DNA of 32,000 nt, taken from the NCBI GenBank assembly GCA_000166095.1, contig CP002278.1, positions 30,001 through 62,000 of the forward strand, read 5' to 3'. Numbering within the stretch: the stretch's first letter is position 1; every line of letters starts with the position of its first letter. Shown here one piece after another: positions 1-9,044 of this stretch. This DNA comes from Methanothermus fervidus DSM 2088. Lineage in GTDB: Archaea > Methanobacteriota > Methanobacteria > DSM-2088 > Methanothermaceae. The notes under the pieces are model-generated. The model was not told the DNA's origin, searched no databases, and saw only the letters and a list, made by a program, of their open reading frames with translations. The translations under genes were made by a program, and so were the position numbers.

Positions 1-424
1 CCTTACCATCTTGTATGACTGGTGAACCACTGTCTCCAGGCACTGGTAATTTTCTTGCTGGAAAAGATAATTTATGAAATGTTTTTCCAATATCTATAAT
101 TTTACATGGTTTTTTATGTCCCCTTCTCAATATATATGCAGAACCTAATTTTGGATTTCCAATTTCTGACGTTAAAACAAAATCTGAAGGAATGTTAAAA
201 CTAAGCAAGGCGATGTCCAAATTTTTGAAAATCTTTTGTACTTTACCTTTAAATCTGTTTATATATACTTCGCTTCCTTCTTTACATCCACAAATTTTTA
301 ATACATGATACGATGTTATGATTTTAAAAGAATTTTTATTTTTAATAATCGCGCCAATTACAGCTTTTATACCTTTACAACAAGACACTAATTCTCCAAT
401 TTTTATTTTTCTCAATTTGATCAC
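1..424 (-). CDS. Trypsin/chymotrypsin-fold (S1-like) serine protease, N-terminal part only (continues beyond window edge)
   Basis: Not in the ORF track because it is edge-truncated. My translation of the - strand from 424 is stop-free down to position 1: VIKLRKIKIGELVSCCKG...IITSYHVLK...NLDIALLSF...LPVPGDSGSPVIQDGK. His (SYHV), Asp (DIALL) and Ser (GDSGSP, Ser codon 29-31) come in the order and spacing of the S1 catalytic triad. The start is uncertain: GTG 424-422 or TTG 415-413, just after the helicase stop. There is no hydrophobic signal sequence. Confidence 0.55.
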   Translation of the reverse strand, partial: MIKLRKIKIGELVSCCKGIKAVIGAIIKNKNSFKIITSYHVLKICGCKEGSEVYINRFKGKVQKIFKNLDIALLSFNIPSDFVLTSEIGNPKLGSAYILRRGHKKPCKIIDIGKTFHKLSFPARKLPVPGDSGSPVIQDGK

Positions 425-426
425 AT

Positions 427-2889
427 CTATCCTTCTTCTATTTTCTTTATGATTTTGTTTAATTTTTCAACTTCTTCATTAATATTAAAAGCTGAAGCGA
501 TTCTTTTCATTCCTTCAAAAGTCCTCAAAATATTATCTAACCAATTGAAAATATCTCCAGAATAAGTTTGTATTTTATATTTTGATATGATAATCTTACT
601 AATCTCTATTGGATCCTTACCCTTAAGACGCAAGTTAATAATATATTCTGAAAATTTCTTTTGAGTACAGCCACAAAATGGCCTATATTTACATTTACAT
701 GAAATAAAATCCATTTGAAGTCTAATAACAGCCTTTTGTAAATTTTTATCCAAATCAACTATATTTTTACCTTTTGATAATATGTCTAATGTTGAATCAG
801 CAAATAATCTACTTGAGAATTTCACACCTAGGTTATGAATTAATTGCTTATGCAATTGTTTTGAAAGATATGCATTCTCAAATGGATTAATAGTGACTGC
901 AATTTTAACCGCATCTTTCTTTCCAATATTTTTTTCTATATATTTTGCTTCATTTAATTTTAAAAATGACTTAGACACTGCAAAACCATATTCGGTTGGT
1001 TTAAATTTTTTCAACAACCCATGTTTTTCAAGTATTTGTACAGCCTCTTTAGAATCTATTGGCCACGAAGCATCGTTTGTAAGATCCTGAGGCTTCTTAA
1101 CCGATCCAGAAGTTATATCTGCCAATACATGTTCTAAAACATCTTCATCAGTATAATCAACATCAACAGGATCTAGGTTTCCTTCAAGAAGTTCAACAGC
1201 TTTAGATTCCTCAGTTTCTCCATTGAAATTCATCCCAATTTCAGCCAAAATATAAACAATGCCCCTATCATGATAGGAAGGTCTTCCAGCTCTTCCAAGC
1301 ATTTGTTGAAATTCATTATTTTCTATCCATTTATTACCCATCAATAAAGTTTCAAATATTACTTGGGATGCTGGAAAATCAACGCCAGCAGAAAGTGCTG
1401 CAGTTGTAACAACAGCTTCTAGATTTTGTGATGCAAATTCTTTTTCAATTTTTTCCCTTTTATGATAAGGCAAACCCGCATGATAAGCCGCAGCCTTTAT
1501 TCCTTTACTTCTTAAATAATTTGTAATCATTTTTGTTTTCATTCGAGAATTAGTAAAAACTATTGTTTGACCTCTAAATCCTTTTTTTGAAATATTATTA
1601 TACTCCTTTTTTATTAGTTTAGCAATTATTTCTTTCTTTTCTTCATTATTTTTTAGAAGTATAAGATGTTTTTCTAATGGCACTGGTCTTTTTTCGTATT
1701 TAACTAATTTTAATCCAAATTTTTTTGCTATTTCTTCAGCATTTTCTACAGTTGCTGATAAGGCAATTATTTGTGAATTAGGAAATATTTTCATGAATCT
1801 TTTAATCATTCCATTTAATCTCGGACCTCTCTCCCTATCTTCAAGCATGTGAATTTCGTCTATAACTATAACTCCAGGATCACCCAGATGTTTTGATTTA
1901 CCGGATCTAAGTAGAAAATCTATACCTTCATATGTTCCAACGACGATGTCAGCATCCCTGATATCATCTTCATGTATTTTAAGTTCACCCTTTGCTTTTA
2001 TTCTATTTTTACCAACTTTTATCGCTGTTTTAAGACCTAAACTTGAATATTTGGATTTAAATTCTCTGTATTTTTGGTTTGCAAGGGCAACTAATGGTGT
2101 TAAGTAAATAAATTTTTTTCCCTCTAATGCAGATGGGATACCTACAAGCTCACCTATCAATGTTTTACCACTGGCTGTTGCAGAAACAACCATTAAATTT
2201 TTTCCTTCAATTAATCCATTTTTTATTGCTAAATATTGTACAGGTAAAAGTTTTCTAATTTTTAAATGATTTAATACAAATTTAAATTTTTTTGGTATAT
2301 TTAATTCACTAACTTTTAATTCTTTATCTTTTCCACATTCTATTTTATCAATTAATGTAAATTCTGGATTTTCTACAGGATCAAAGAAAGGTTCAAAAAT
2401 TTTTAATATTTTTTCTACATCCTTTATCCTTTCAAGAATATTTTTTAATTTTTTAATAAGAGATTTATTTGCGCTTATATACCTAAGCTCCATCTTTATT
2501 ATGTCTTCTGCACACTCCTTACAAATTGCCTGGTTATTGTATTTGTAACTATTTTTTTCTGTGAGAATTGTCACGCGCTTTTCAATTAAACAATGATTAC
2601 AAACAATCAACTTTTTATACTGTATATTAAAATCATCCAGGAACTTTTCTAGGTTTTTATCACTATTTGCTAAAAAAACTTTATGGCTTCTAAGTAATTT
2701 TATTGCCTTTGATGGTGGATAAGGTTTACTTTTCTTATTTATAATTATAAATCTTTTTATACGTGGACCTGCTGGTGTACTTTTAAATTTTAAATGACCA
2801 TATAAAATTGGTTCGATTGGGACGTTCTCTTTTGGTTTTTTTACAAGAAATAATTCTATTTTTCTCCTCCTTTTATTTAATATTATCAT
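427..2889 (-). CDS. SF2 DExH-box helicase, Ski2/Hel308-like, with N-terminal zinc-ribbon (ASH-Ski2-type architecture)
   Basis: 820-aa ORF with SF2 motifs in order: LLPVQ...SATASGKT (Q/I), VIVIDEIH (II), ALSAT (III), IVFTNSR (IV), [12 protein letters not shown] (V), QMLGRAGRP (VI). An N-terminal CNHC-x22-CKEC motif (2512-2601) matches the four-Cys N-domain described for the archaea-specific ASH-Ski2 group. There is an extra C-terminal CxCx5CxC cluster (667-699). The ATG overlaps the upstream gene by 17 nt. Confidence 0.8.
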   Translation of the reverse strand: MIILNKRRRKIELFLVKKPKENVPIEPILYGHLKFKSTPAGPRIKRFIIINKKSKPYPPSKAIKLLRSHKVFLANSDKNLEKFLDDFNIQYKKLIVCNHCLIEKRVTILTEKNSYKYNNQAICKECAEDIIKMELRYISANKSLIKKLKNILERIKDVEKILKIFEPFFDPVENPEFTLIDKIECGKDKELKVSELNIPKKFKFVLNHLKIRKLLPVQYLAIKNGLIEGKNLMVVSATASGKTLIGELVGIPSALEGKKFIYLTPLVALANQKYREFKSKYSSLGLKTAIKVGKNRIKAKGELKIHEDDIRDADIVVGTYEGIDFLLRSGKSKHLGDPGVIVIDEIHMLEDRERGPRLNGMIKRFMKIFPNSQIIALSATVENAEEIAKKFGLKLVKYEKRPVPLEKHLILLKNNEEKKEIIAKLIKKEYNNISKKGFRGQTIVFTNSRMKTKMITNYLRSKGIKAAAYHAGLPYHKREKIEKEFASQNLEAVVTTAALSAGVDFPASQVIFETLLMGNKWIENNEFQQMLGRAGRPSYHDRGIVYILAEIGMNFNGETEESKAVELLEGNLDPVDVDYTDEDVLEHVLADITSGSVKKPQDLTNDASWPIDSKEAVQILEKHGLLKKFKPTEYGFAVSKSFLKLNEAKYIEKNIGKKDAVKIAVTINPFENAYLSKQLHKQLIHNLGVKFSSRLFADSTLDILSKGKNIVDLDKNLQKAVIRLQMDFISCKCKYRPFCGCTQKKFSEYIINLRLKGKDPIEISKIIISKYKIQTYSGDIFNWLDNILRTFEGMKRIASAFNINEEVEKLNKIIKKIEEG

Positions 2890-4531
2890 TGTTTTTCCTC
2901 TTTTCTAGCATTTCTGTTGCAATTTTACGAAGTTTAAATTTTTGAACTTTGCCACTAGCCGTCAATGGAAATTTATCCACAAAGAAAACATATTTAGGTG
3001 CTTTGTATCGTGCAATATTTTCTTTTGCATAATCTATTACGTCTTCTTCTCTTATGTCAGCTCCATCTTCTTTTATTACAAATGCAGCTACTTCTTCTCC
3101 ATATTTTTCGTCAGGTACTCCTACAATTTGTACATCTTTAATTCCAGGCATTTTATGGAGAAATTCTTCAATTTCTCTTGGGTAGATATTTTCCCCACCT
3201 CTTATTATCATCTCCTTAATCCTTCCAACTATTCTGTAATATCCGTCTTTATCCATCATTGCAAGATCTCCAGTATGTAACCATCCATCTTCATCTATAG
3301 CTTCCTTTGTTTCCTTTGGCATCTTATAGTATCCTTTCATTACATTGTATCCTCTACAACATATCTCTCCTACTTCACCAGGTCCAAGTTTTTTTCCTGT
3401 CTTTGGATCTACAATTTTAACCTCTATTTCTGGTAGAGGTTTTCCAACAGTTTCAACTCTTTTATCAATAGGATCATCAACACTTGTTTGGGTAATACCT
3501 GGAGAAGCTTCAGTTAATCCATATACTATTGTTATTTCTTTCATGTGCATTTTTTCAATGACTTTTTTCATCAATTCTTTCGGACAGGGAGCTCCAGCCA
3601 TGATTCCAGTTCTAAGAGATGATAAATCAAACATGTCAAACATAGGATGTGATAATTCTGAAATGAACATAGTTGGAACTCCATAAAGAGCAGTACATTT
3701 TTCTTTTTCCACTGCAGCCAAAACAAGTAAAGGGTCAAAATATTCAAGCATCACTAAAGTTCCACCATGCGTTAGAATTGCAAGTAAACCAAGGACAATA
3801 CCAAAACAATGAAACATTGGCACTGGAAGACACAATTTATCTTTTTCAGTGAATTTTTGTCTTTCACCTATATAATAACCATTATTAAGTATGTTCCTAT
3901 GAGTCAACATGACGCCTTTTGGGAATCCTGTTGTCCCTGATGTATATTGTATATTTACAACATCATCATTTTTCACTTGCTTTTTAGCTTTTTCAAGTTT
4001 TTCATCTGGAACATGTTTTCCTAAAAGCATTAATTCATGTGTATTATACATGCCTCTGTGTTTTTCTGCACCAATATATATTACATGTTTGAGTTTTGGG
4101 AAGTTTTTACTTTTTAGTTTTCCTCTTTCATATTTTTTGAGTTCTGGAACTAACTCATATATGGTTTTAAGATAATTAACATCTCTAAAACCTTCTATCA
4201 ATGCAATTGCTTTCATATCAGATTGTTTCATTACATATTTTAATTCATCTTTTTTATAGGCAGTGTTAATAGTTACTAAAACCCCTCCTATCTTAGACGC
4301 CGCAAAGAAGAATGTTAGCCAATCCGGTACATTTGTAGCCCATATACCTATATGGTCTCCTTTTTTTAATCCCATATGTAACAATCCTTTTGCTAGAAGA
4401 TCTACTCTTTCATTAAATTCTTTATATGTAAATCTTAAATTACGATCGGGATAAACTATGAAATCTTTGTTAGGATATTTCTTGGCTTGTTCTTCTAAAA
4501 ATTCATGTATTGTTTTTTCGGTAAAAACCAT
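2873..4531 (-). CDS. AMP-forming acyl-CoA synthetase / fatty-acid-CoA ligase (ANL superfamily); substrate unknown
   Basis: ANL motifs are present: [70 protein letters not shown]. The ORF-track GTG start (4540) lies inside an AGGTGA SD (4542-4537). The ATG at 4531, 5 nt after the SD, is the more likely start. Confidence 0.85.
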   Translation of the reverse strand: MVFTEKTIHEFLEEQAKKYPNKDFIVYPDRNLRFTYKEFNERVDLLAKGLLHMGLKKGDHIGIWATNVPDWLTFFFAASKIGGVLVTINTAYKKDELKYVMKQSDMKAIALIEGFRDVNYLKTIYELVPELKKYERGKLKSKNFPKLKHVIYIGAEKHRGMYNTHELMLLGKHVPDEKLEKAKKQVKNDDVVNIQYTSGTTGFPKGVMLTHRNILNNGYYIGERQKFTEKDKLCLPVPMFHCFGIVLGLLAILTHGGTLVMLEYFDPLLVLAAVEKEKCTALYGVPTMFISELSHPMFDMFDLSSLRTGIMAGAPCPKELMKKVIEKMHMKEITIVYGLTEASPGITQTSVDDPIDKRVETVGKPLPEIEVKIVDPKTGKKLGPGEVGEICCRGYNVMKGYYKMPKETKEAIDEDGWLHTGDLAMMDKDGYYRIVGRIKEMIIRGGENIYPREIEEFLHKMPGIKDVQIVGVPDEKYGEEVAAFVIKEDGADIREEDVIDYAKENIARYKAPKYVFFVDKFPLTASGKVQKFKLRKIATEMLEKRKNNDNIK

Positions 4532-4559
4532 AACAGTCACCTAATGTCAAGTAACATGT

Positions 4560-5117
4560 TTAAAAAGGCGTGTAAAGTACTGCAAGTATTTTAGCAGGTT
4601 TATTGCCTGCAGAATGTACATGATGAGGTACTATTGAATCATAATAAATACTGTCACCTTCGGATAACCTATATTTATTTTTTCCATAAATTACTTCTAT
4701 TTCACCATTTAAAACATAAATAAATTCTTCACCTTCGTGCGATGATAATTTAAAATTCTTAGGTGGTAAATCAACATAGATAACAAAAGGTTCCATATGT
4801 CTATCTGCCTTCCCCATACCTAATGAGTGAAATTCTAAATGTGATTTATCAACTCTATCTTCTTCTCCAGAAAAATGCATTACTTTTGAGCTTTTGCCTT
4901 TTCTTACTATTATTGGTCCTTCCTGTATTTCATCATCTAAAAATGTGCCAAGTCTAACACCTAATGCTCTTGATATCTTAATTAATGGTGATAAAGATGG
5001 CAGAATATTTCCTTCTTCAATTTCTTTTATAAGTTTTTTATTAACTCCTGCACTTTTTGAAAGTTCAGAAATGCTCATTCCTCTATCTTTTCGAATTTTT
5101 TTTATTTTTTTCGCCAA
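4560..5117 (-). CDS. XRE-type helix-turn-helix transcriptional regulator with C-terminal cupin domain
   Basis: N-terminal HTH: KIRKDRGMSISELSKSAGVNKKLIKEIEEGNILPSLSPLIKISRALGV. C-terminal cupin motifs: HEGEEFIYVLNGEIEV and GDSIYYDSIVPHHVH. The start is TTG (5117). Starting at the internal ATG (Met14) would delete helix 1 of the HTH, so I keep the TTG. Confidence 0.75.
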   Translation of the reverse strand: MAKKIKKIRKDRGMSISELSKSAGVNKKLIKEIEEGNILPSLSPLIKISRALGVRLGTFLDDEIQEGPIIVRKGKSSKVMHFSGEEDRVDKSHLEFHSLGMGKADRHMEPFVIYVDLPPKNFKLSSHEGEEFIYVLNGEIEVIYGKNKYRLSEGDSIYYDSIVPHHVHSAGNKPAKILAVLYTPF

Positions 5118-5161
5118 CTGTACTCATTCCAAAACACCTCATTACATAAGATAGAAATAAC

Positions 5162-6265
5162 TCATTTAAAACTATTTGAAATTTCAACAGCTTTCTTTGC
5201 AGCTTTTTCAAGAGAAGTTTCAAAAGGTATTCCAGCATTTTTTAAAATTTCATGTCCTTTTCTTTGATTAGTCCCTGTAAGACGTATAACAATTGGTATA
5301 TCTCTATCTAATTCATTTGATGCTTTTACAATTCCTTTTGCAACTTCATCTGCTCTTGTTATCCCACCTAATATATTAACAAAAATTACTTTAACATTTG
5401 AAAGAGATGAAACAAAATTTAAAGCTTTTTCAATGACTTCTGAGGATGCACCTCCTCCGATATCAAGAAAAGTAGCTGGTTTTCCCCCATATAAACTTAT
5501 TATGTCCATAGCAGCTAAAGTCAAACCAGCTCCATTACCAATAACAGCAATATCTCCATCTAATTTTGTGAATGCAAATTCTCTTTCTTTATATTCTTCT
5601 AAATTTTGTATTTCAGGATGTCTATAAACTCCATCATAATCTAAATCAATTTTTGCATCTAGAGCTATAACTTTGTTGTCTGGAGTTATAGCCAATGGAT
5701 TTATTTCCACAAGTTTAGCATCATATTTTTTAAATAGTTTGTAAGTTTTCCATATGATATTTCCAACCTTGGGTATCAAATTACTTTCTAGACCCATTTT
5801 ACGTGCTATTTCTCTACCTTCATATGGCATGAATTTATCAAGAGGATTGACATGATATTTTACTATAGAATTCTCCCTTACTTTTTCTTCAACATCTACG
5901 CCACCATGAACACTACCCATAATTAAAGGTTTTTTAGCTGCACGATCAATAATTACACTAATGTACAATTCTTCCTTTATATCTATTTTTTCTTCAATTA
6001 AAATTTTTTTTACTTTTTCTCCTTTAATTTTGGTATTAAATAATGATTTAGATAAATCATAGGCATTTTTTGGTGATGAAGCAAATTTTATACCGCCTGA
6101 TTTACCTCTTCCACCAACCAAAACCTGTGCTTTTAAAGCTACTGGAGCATTTATTTTTTTAGATGCTTCATAAACTTCATCAGGATTTTTTGCTACGTAA
6201 CCTTCTGGTATTGGTATTCCTTCCATTTTAAATAATTTTTTAGCGTTGTACTCGTACAGTTTCAT
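5162..6265 (-). CDS. sucC: Succinyl-CoA synthetase (ADP-forming) beta subunit
   Basis: ATP-grasp N-terminus MKLYEYNAKKLF...GIPIPEG, then VLVGGRGKSGGIKFA and the ligase-CoA domain motifs GNGAGLTLAAMD and FLDIGGGAS. An AGGTGG SD lies 7 nt upstream, inside the 3' end of korG (26-nt overlap). Confidence 0.9.
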   Translation of the reverse strand: MKLYEYNAKKLFKMEGIPIPEGYVAKNPDEVYEASKKINAPVALKAQVLVGGRGKSGGIKFASSPKNAYDLSKSLFNTKIKGEKVKKILIEEKIDIKEELYISVIIDRAAKKPLIMGSVHGGVDVEEKVRENSIVKYHVNPLDKFMPYEGREIARKMGLESNLIPKVGNIIWKTYKLFKKYDAKLVEINPLAITPDNKVIALDAKIDLDYDGVYRHPEIQNLEEYKEREFAFTKLDGDIAVIGNGAGLTLAAMDIISLYGGKPATFLDIGGGASSEVIEKALNFVSSLSNVKVIFVNILGGITRADEVAKGIVKASNELDRDIPIVIRLTGTNQRKGHEILKNAGIPFETSLEKAAKKAVEISNSFK

Positions 6266-6797
6266 TTTTTGCCACCTTCATACCCTCATTAAATGCTTTT
6301 ATATTTTTTTCTTCCGTGTTTGGTGGTACAGAATCAATTATAGCCTTTTTTGCAGCTTTTTTACTTACAATATTAGTTAAGGATGTAAGTGCACCTATCA
6401 TGACCATATTGGCTACGATGGGTAATCCTATCTTTTTTTCGGCTAACTTTGTTGCTGGAATTTTGAATAATTTTACATCATTTCTAATATTGGAGGGTTT
6501 AACAAGATCTGAATCAATTATTACTATACCTTTTGGTTTTAAATCGTTTATATATGTTGAAAATGCTTCATTAGACATTGCAACAAAAATATCTGGATTT
6601 TGTACCTTTGGGTAGTCTATTTCTTTATCACTAATAACTACTTCAGATCTAGATGCTCCACCTCTGGCTTCTGGCCCATAGGATTGTGTTTGTACAGCAT
6701 ACATATTGTCATATAATGCAGCTGCTCTTCCAAGTACTATACCAGCCAAAATTATACCCTGACCACCAAAACCTGCAAATCTTACTTCTATTCTCAA
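6240..6797 (-). CDS. korG: 2-oxoacid:ferredoxin oxidoreductase gamma subunit (2-oxoglutarate type inferred from sucC linkage)
   Basis: N-terminus RFAGFGGQGIILAG...YGPEARGG is typical of OFOR gamma subunits. It has a 4-nt overlap with the beta subunit gene. Substrate specificity (KOR versus VOR or POR) cannot be read from the sequence alone. Confidence 0.8.
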   Translation of the reverse strand: MRIEVRFAGFGGQGIILAGIVLGRAAALYDNMYAVQTQSYGPEARGGASRSEVVISDKEIDYPKVQNPDIFVAMSNEAFSTYINDLKPKGIVIIDSDLVKPSNIRNDVKLFKIPATKLAEKKIGLPIVANMVMIGALTSLTNIVSKKAAKKAIIDSVPPNTEEKNIKAFNEGMKVAKNETVRVQR

Positions 6798-7645
6798 TCT
6801 GATCCCTCATAAGCTGACTTTATTGTGTTTATTTTCCCATATTTCTTTTCAATGAGTTTATACATTTCAGTAGAAAATTCTTTCAGTTTTCGATTTACAA
6901 ATTCTCCAACTATAATCTTACCCTTAAGTTCATCTTTATCCATTTTTTCTGCTTTTCTTATATTTATACTGTTTTTTTTCATCCATTTTAGCATTTCAAC
7001 CGCAGATTTCATGTTATTCATTCTTCCATAATAAGTTGGGCATTGTGAAACAACTTCTATAAAGGAGAAGCCTTTATTTTTAAGACCTCTTTTAATTGAT
7101 TTTGTTAATTGTAAAACATGATAAGTTGTCCACCTTGCAACATAACTTGCACCAGAGGATTTAACTAACTTCACAAGATCAAATGGATTTTCAATTACAC
7201 CATATGGGGCTGTAGTTCCATAACTACCTCTTGGAGATGTAGGACTTACTTGACCTCCAGTCATTCCATAAATGCTGTTATTGATGCAAATAACAGTCAT
7301 GTCAATATTTCTTCTTGCTCCATGGATGAGATGGTTCCCACCAATAGCTGCAGCATCTCCATCTCCAGTAAATACCACTACGTTTAAGTTTGGATTTCCT
7401 AATTTAATCCCTGTTGCAAATGCTATAGGCCTTCCGTGAGTTGTATGTAAAGAATCACATTTTATATAACCAGGTATTCTTGATGAACATCCAATTCCAG
7501 ATACAAGTACAGTATTTTTAAATTCAATTTTGGCCATTTCCATAGCTTTTAGGAATGTATTGATTACAATTCCATTGCCGCAACCTGAACAAAAAATATG
7601 TGGAAGTCTGTCTTCTCTTAAATATTTTAAAAAAGCATTTTTCAT
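6794..7645 (-). CDS. korB: 2-oxoacid:ferredoxin oxidoreductase beta subunit (TPP-binding)
   Basis: N-terminal CSGCGNG, SGIGCS, and the TPP motif GDGDAAAIGGNH...NN..YGMTGGQ. It has 4-nt overlaps with both neighbours. Confidence 0.85.
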   Translation of the reverse strand: MKNAFLKYLREDRLPHIFCSGCGNGIVINTFLKAMEMAKIEFKNTVLVSGIGCSSRIPGYIKCDSLHTTHGRPIAFATGIKLGNPNLNVVVFTGDGDAAAIGGNHLIHGARRNIDMTVICINNSIYGMTGGQVSPTSPRGSYGTTAPYGVIENPFDLVKLVKSSGASYVARWTTYHVLQLTKSIKRGLKNKGFSFIEVVSQCPTYYGRMNNMKSAVEMLKWMKKNSINIRKAEKMDKDELKGKIIVGEFVNRKLKEFSTEMYKLIEKKYGKINTIKSAYEGSD

Positions 7646-8763
7646 CTTAAAATCCTCCTAATCTCTGAAAGAATTTCCACAGGTTTATGTAATTCACCAC
7701 CAATTTTTGGAAGTAAATACACATTTGCTTTACCTTTCACAGCTCTTTGAACCTCATAAAACATTTGTCCAAGATTCATTTCAACAACAAGAATATTTTT
7801 TGCACTGTCTGCTAATTCAGATATTTTTTCATCTGGAAATGGCCATGGCGTGTCTAATTTTACATATCCAACTTTATAACCTTCTTTCCTTCCCAGTTTA
7901 ACAGCACTTATTACTGATCTAACAGGAGCTCCATATGAAATCACTATTAAATCAGCATCATTACAGTATTCTTCTTTAATATGGATAATTTTATTTTTAT
8001 TTTTCAATATTTTATTACAGAGTCTTTTAACAAGTTTTTCATGTGTTTCTGGATTTGAAGCATCAGGATATCCTTTTTCATTGTGTGTAAGGCCGGTTAC
8101 ATGTATTTGATAATTTTCCCCAAAAGGAGGCATTGGAGGGGTTCCATCAGGCGGCGCTTTAAAAAAATCTGTTTTTTCTTTGGGTCTTTTCCTTTTTACA
8201 ACGTTTATTTTTTCAGGTATTACTACTTTCTCACGCATATGGCCTATTATTTCATCGCTAAGAATTATTACGGGTACTCTATATTTTTCCGAAAAATTAA
8301 AAGCTTTAATCATAAAATCAAAACATTCTTGAACTGATGAAGGTGAAAGAGCTATTATTTCATAATCACCATGTGAACCCCATCTTGCTTGCATCATATC
8401 ACTTTGGGAGGCCATTGTAGGCTGCCCTGTAGATGGTGAACCTCTTTGAACATCTACGATGACTACTGGAGTTTCTGTCATTACAGCATAACCTATATGT
8501 TCCTGCATCAAAGAAAATCCAGGACCAGAGGTTGCTGTCATTGCTTTTAGGCCGCTCCAAACTGCTCCAATCGCTGCAGCTAAAGCACCTATTTCATCTT
8601 CCATCTGTATAAATATCCCACCATATTTTGGCAATAATTTTGCCATTTTTTCGGCTATTTCTGTGGAAGGCGTAATAGGATATCCTGCAAAAAATCTACA
8701 TCCTGCTTTGATGGCACCAATTGCAAAACTTTCATTTCCTTGAATAAATAACTCTTTACTCAT
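7642..8763 (-). CDS. korA: 2-oxoacid:ferredoxin oxidoreductase alpha subunit
   Basis: GNESFAIGAIKAGCRFFAGYPITPSTEI and TATSGPGFSLM are typical of the OFOR alpha core domain. It overlaps korD by 8 nt. Confidence 0.85.
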   Translation of the reverse strand: MSKELFIQGNESFAIGAIKAGCRFFAGYPITPSTEIAEKMAKLLPKYGGIFIQMEDEIGALAAAIGAVWSGLKAMTATSGPGFSLMQEHIGYAVMTETPVVIVDVQRGSPSTGQPTMASQSDMMQARWGSHGDYEIIALSPSSVQECFDFMIKAFNFSEKYRVPVIILSDEIIGHMREKVVIPEKINVVKRKRPKEKTDFFKAPPDGTPPMPPFGENYQIHVTGLTHNEKGYPDASNPETHEKLVKRLCNKILKNKNKIIHIKEEYCNDADLIVISYGAPVRSVISAVKLGRKEGYKVGYVKLDTPWPFPDEKISELADSAKNILVVEMNLGQMFYEVQRAVKGKANVYLLPKIGGELHKPVEILSEIRRILR

Positions 8764-8959
8764 TTTTATTCACCGAAATAGCTTGATCAGGGCACATTAA
8801 GACACATATATTGCATTTTGTACACCTTTCAGGACTTTTAGGTAGTGGTACATGTACTCCTTTTTCATTAATCTCTTTTGACATTTCAAATACATTACGA
8901 GGACAAAATTCGATACATATGCCACATCCTTTACATAATTTTTCATTAATGGCTATCAT
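8756..8959 (-). CDS. korD: 2-oxoacid:ferredoxin oxidoreductase delta subunit (2x[4Fe-4S] ferredoxin)
   Basis: 67 aa with two CxxCxxCxxxCP motifs (CKGCGICIEFCP and CTKCNICVLMCP). It is the first gene of the array, and an AT-rich promoter-capable gap lies upstream (8960-9044). Confidence 0.8.
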   Translation of the reverse strand: MIAINEKLCKGCGICIEFCPRNVFEMSKEINEKGVHVPLPKSPERCTKCNICVLMCPDQAISVNKNE

Positions 8960-9044
8960 GTTTTCTAAATTTTAGATTTCAATATAAAAAATTTTATTTA
9001 CTCAAAAAATCAACTTAAAATTAATTAGTTTAGTAACTCAATTA

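Noticed and set aside
2864-2872. Strong SD-like AAGGAGGAG immediately after the ACS stop, and likewise GGAGGTGA at 20399-20406 after the kdpA stop. Both suggested that the helicase and kdpB really start downstream of these motifs.
   Set aside because: No ATG, GTG or TTG occurs in frame at a usable spacing downstream of either motif. The in-frame GTG at 20402-20400 lies inside the motif itself, and only ATA or ATT codons follow. The motifs are encoded by Lys/Arg/Glu/Gly codons of the annotated N-termini (KRRR; EEV). The upstream ATG starts were kept, and the start of kdpB is flagged as uncertain.
5162-6265. Absence of a sucD (alpha subunit) gene next to sucC as a sign of a degraded or novel enzyme
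   Set aside because: From memory, sucC and sucD are unlinked in several methanogen genomes. The sucC ORF is intact with all the domains I can recognise. This is not an anomaly by itself.
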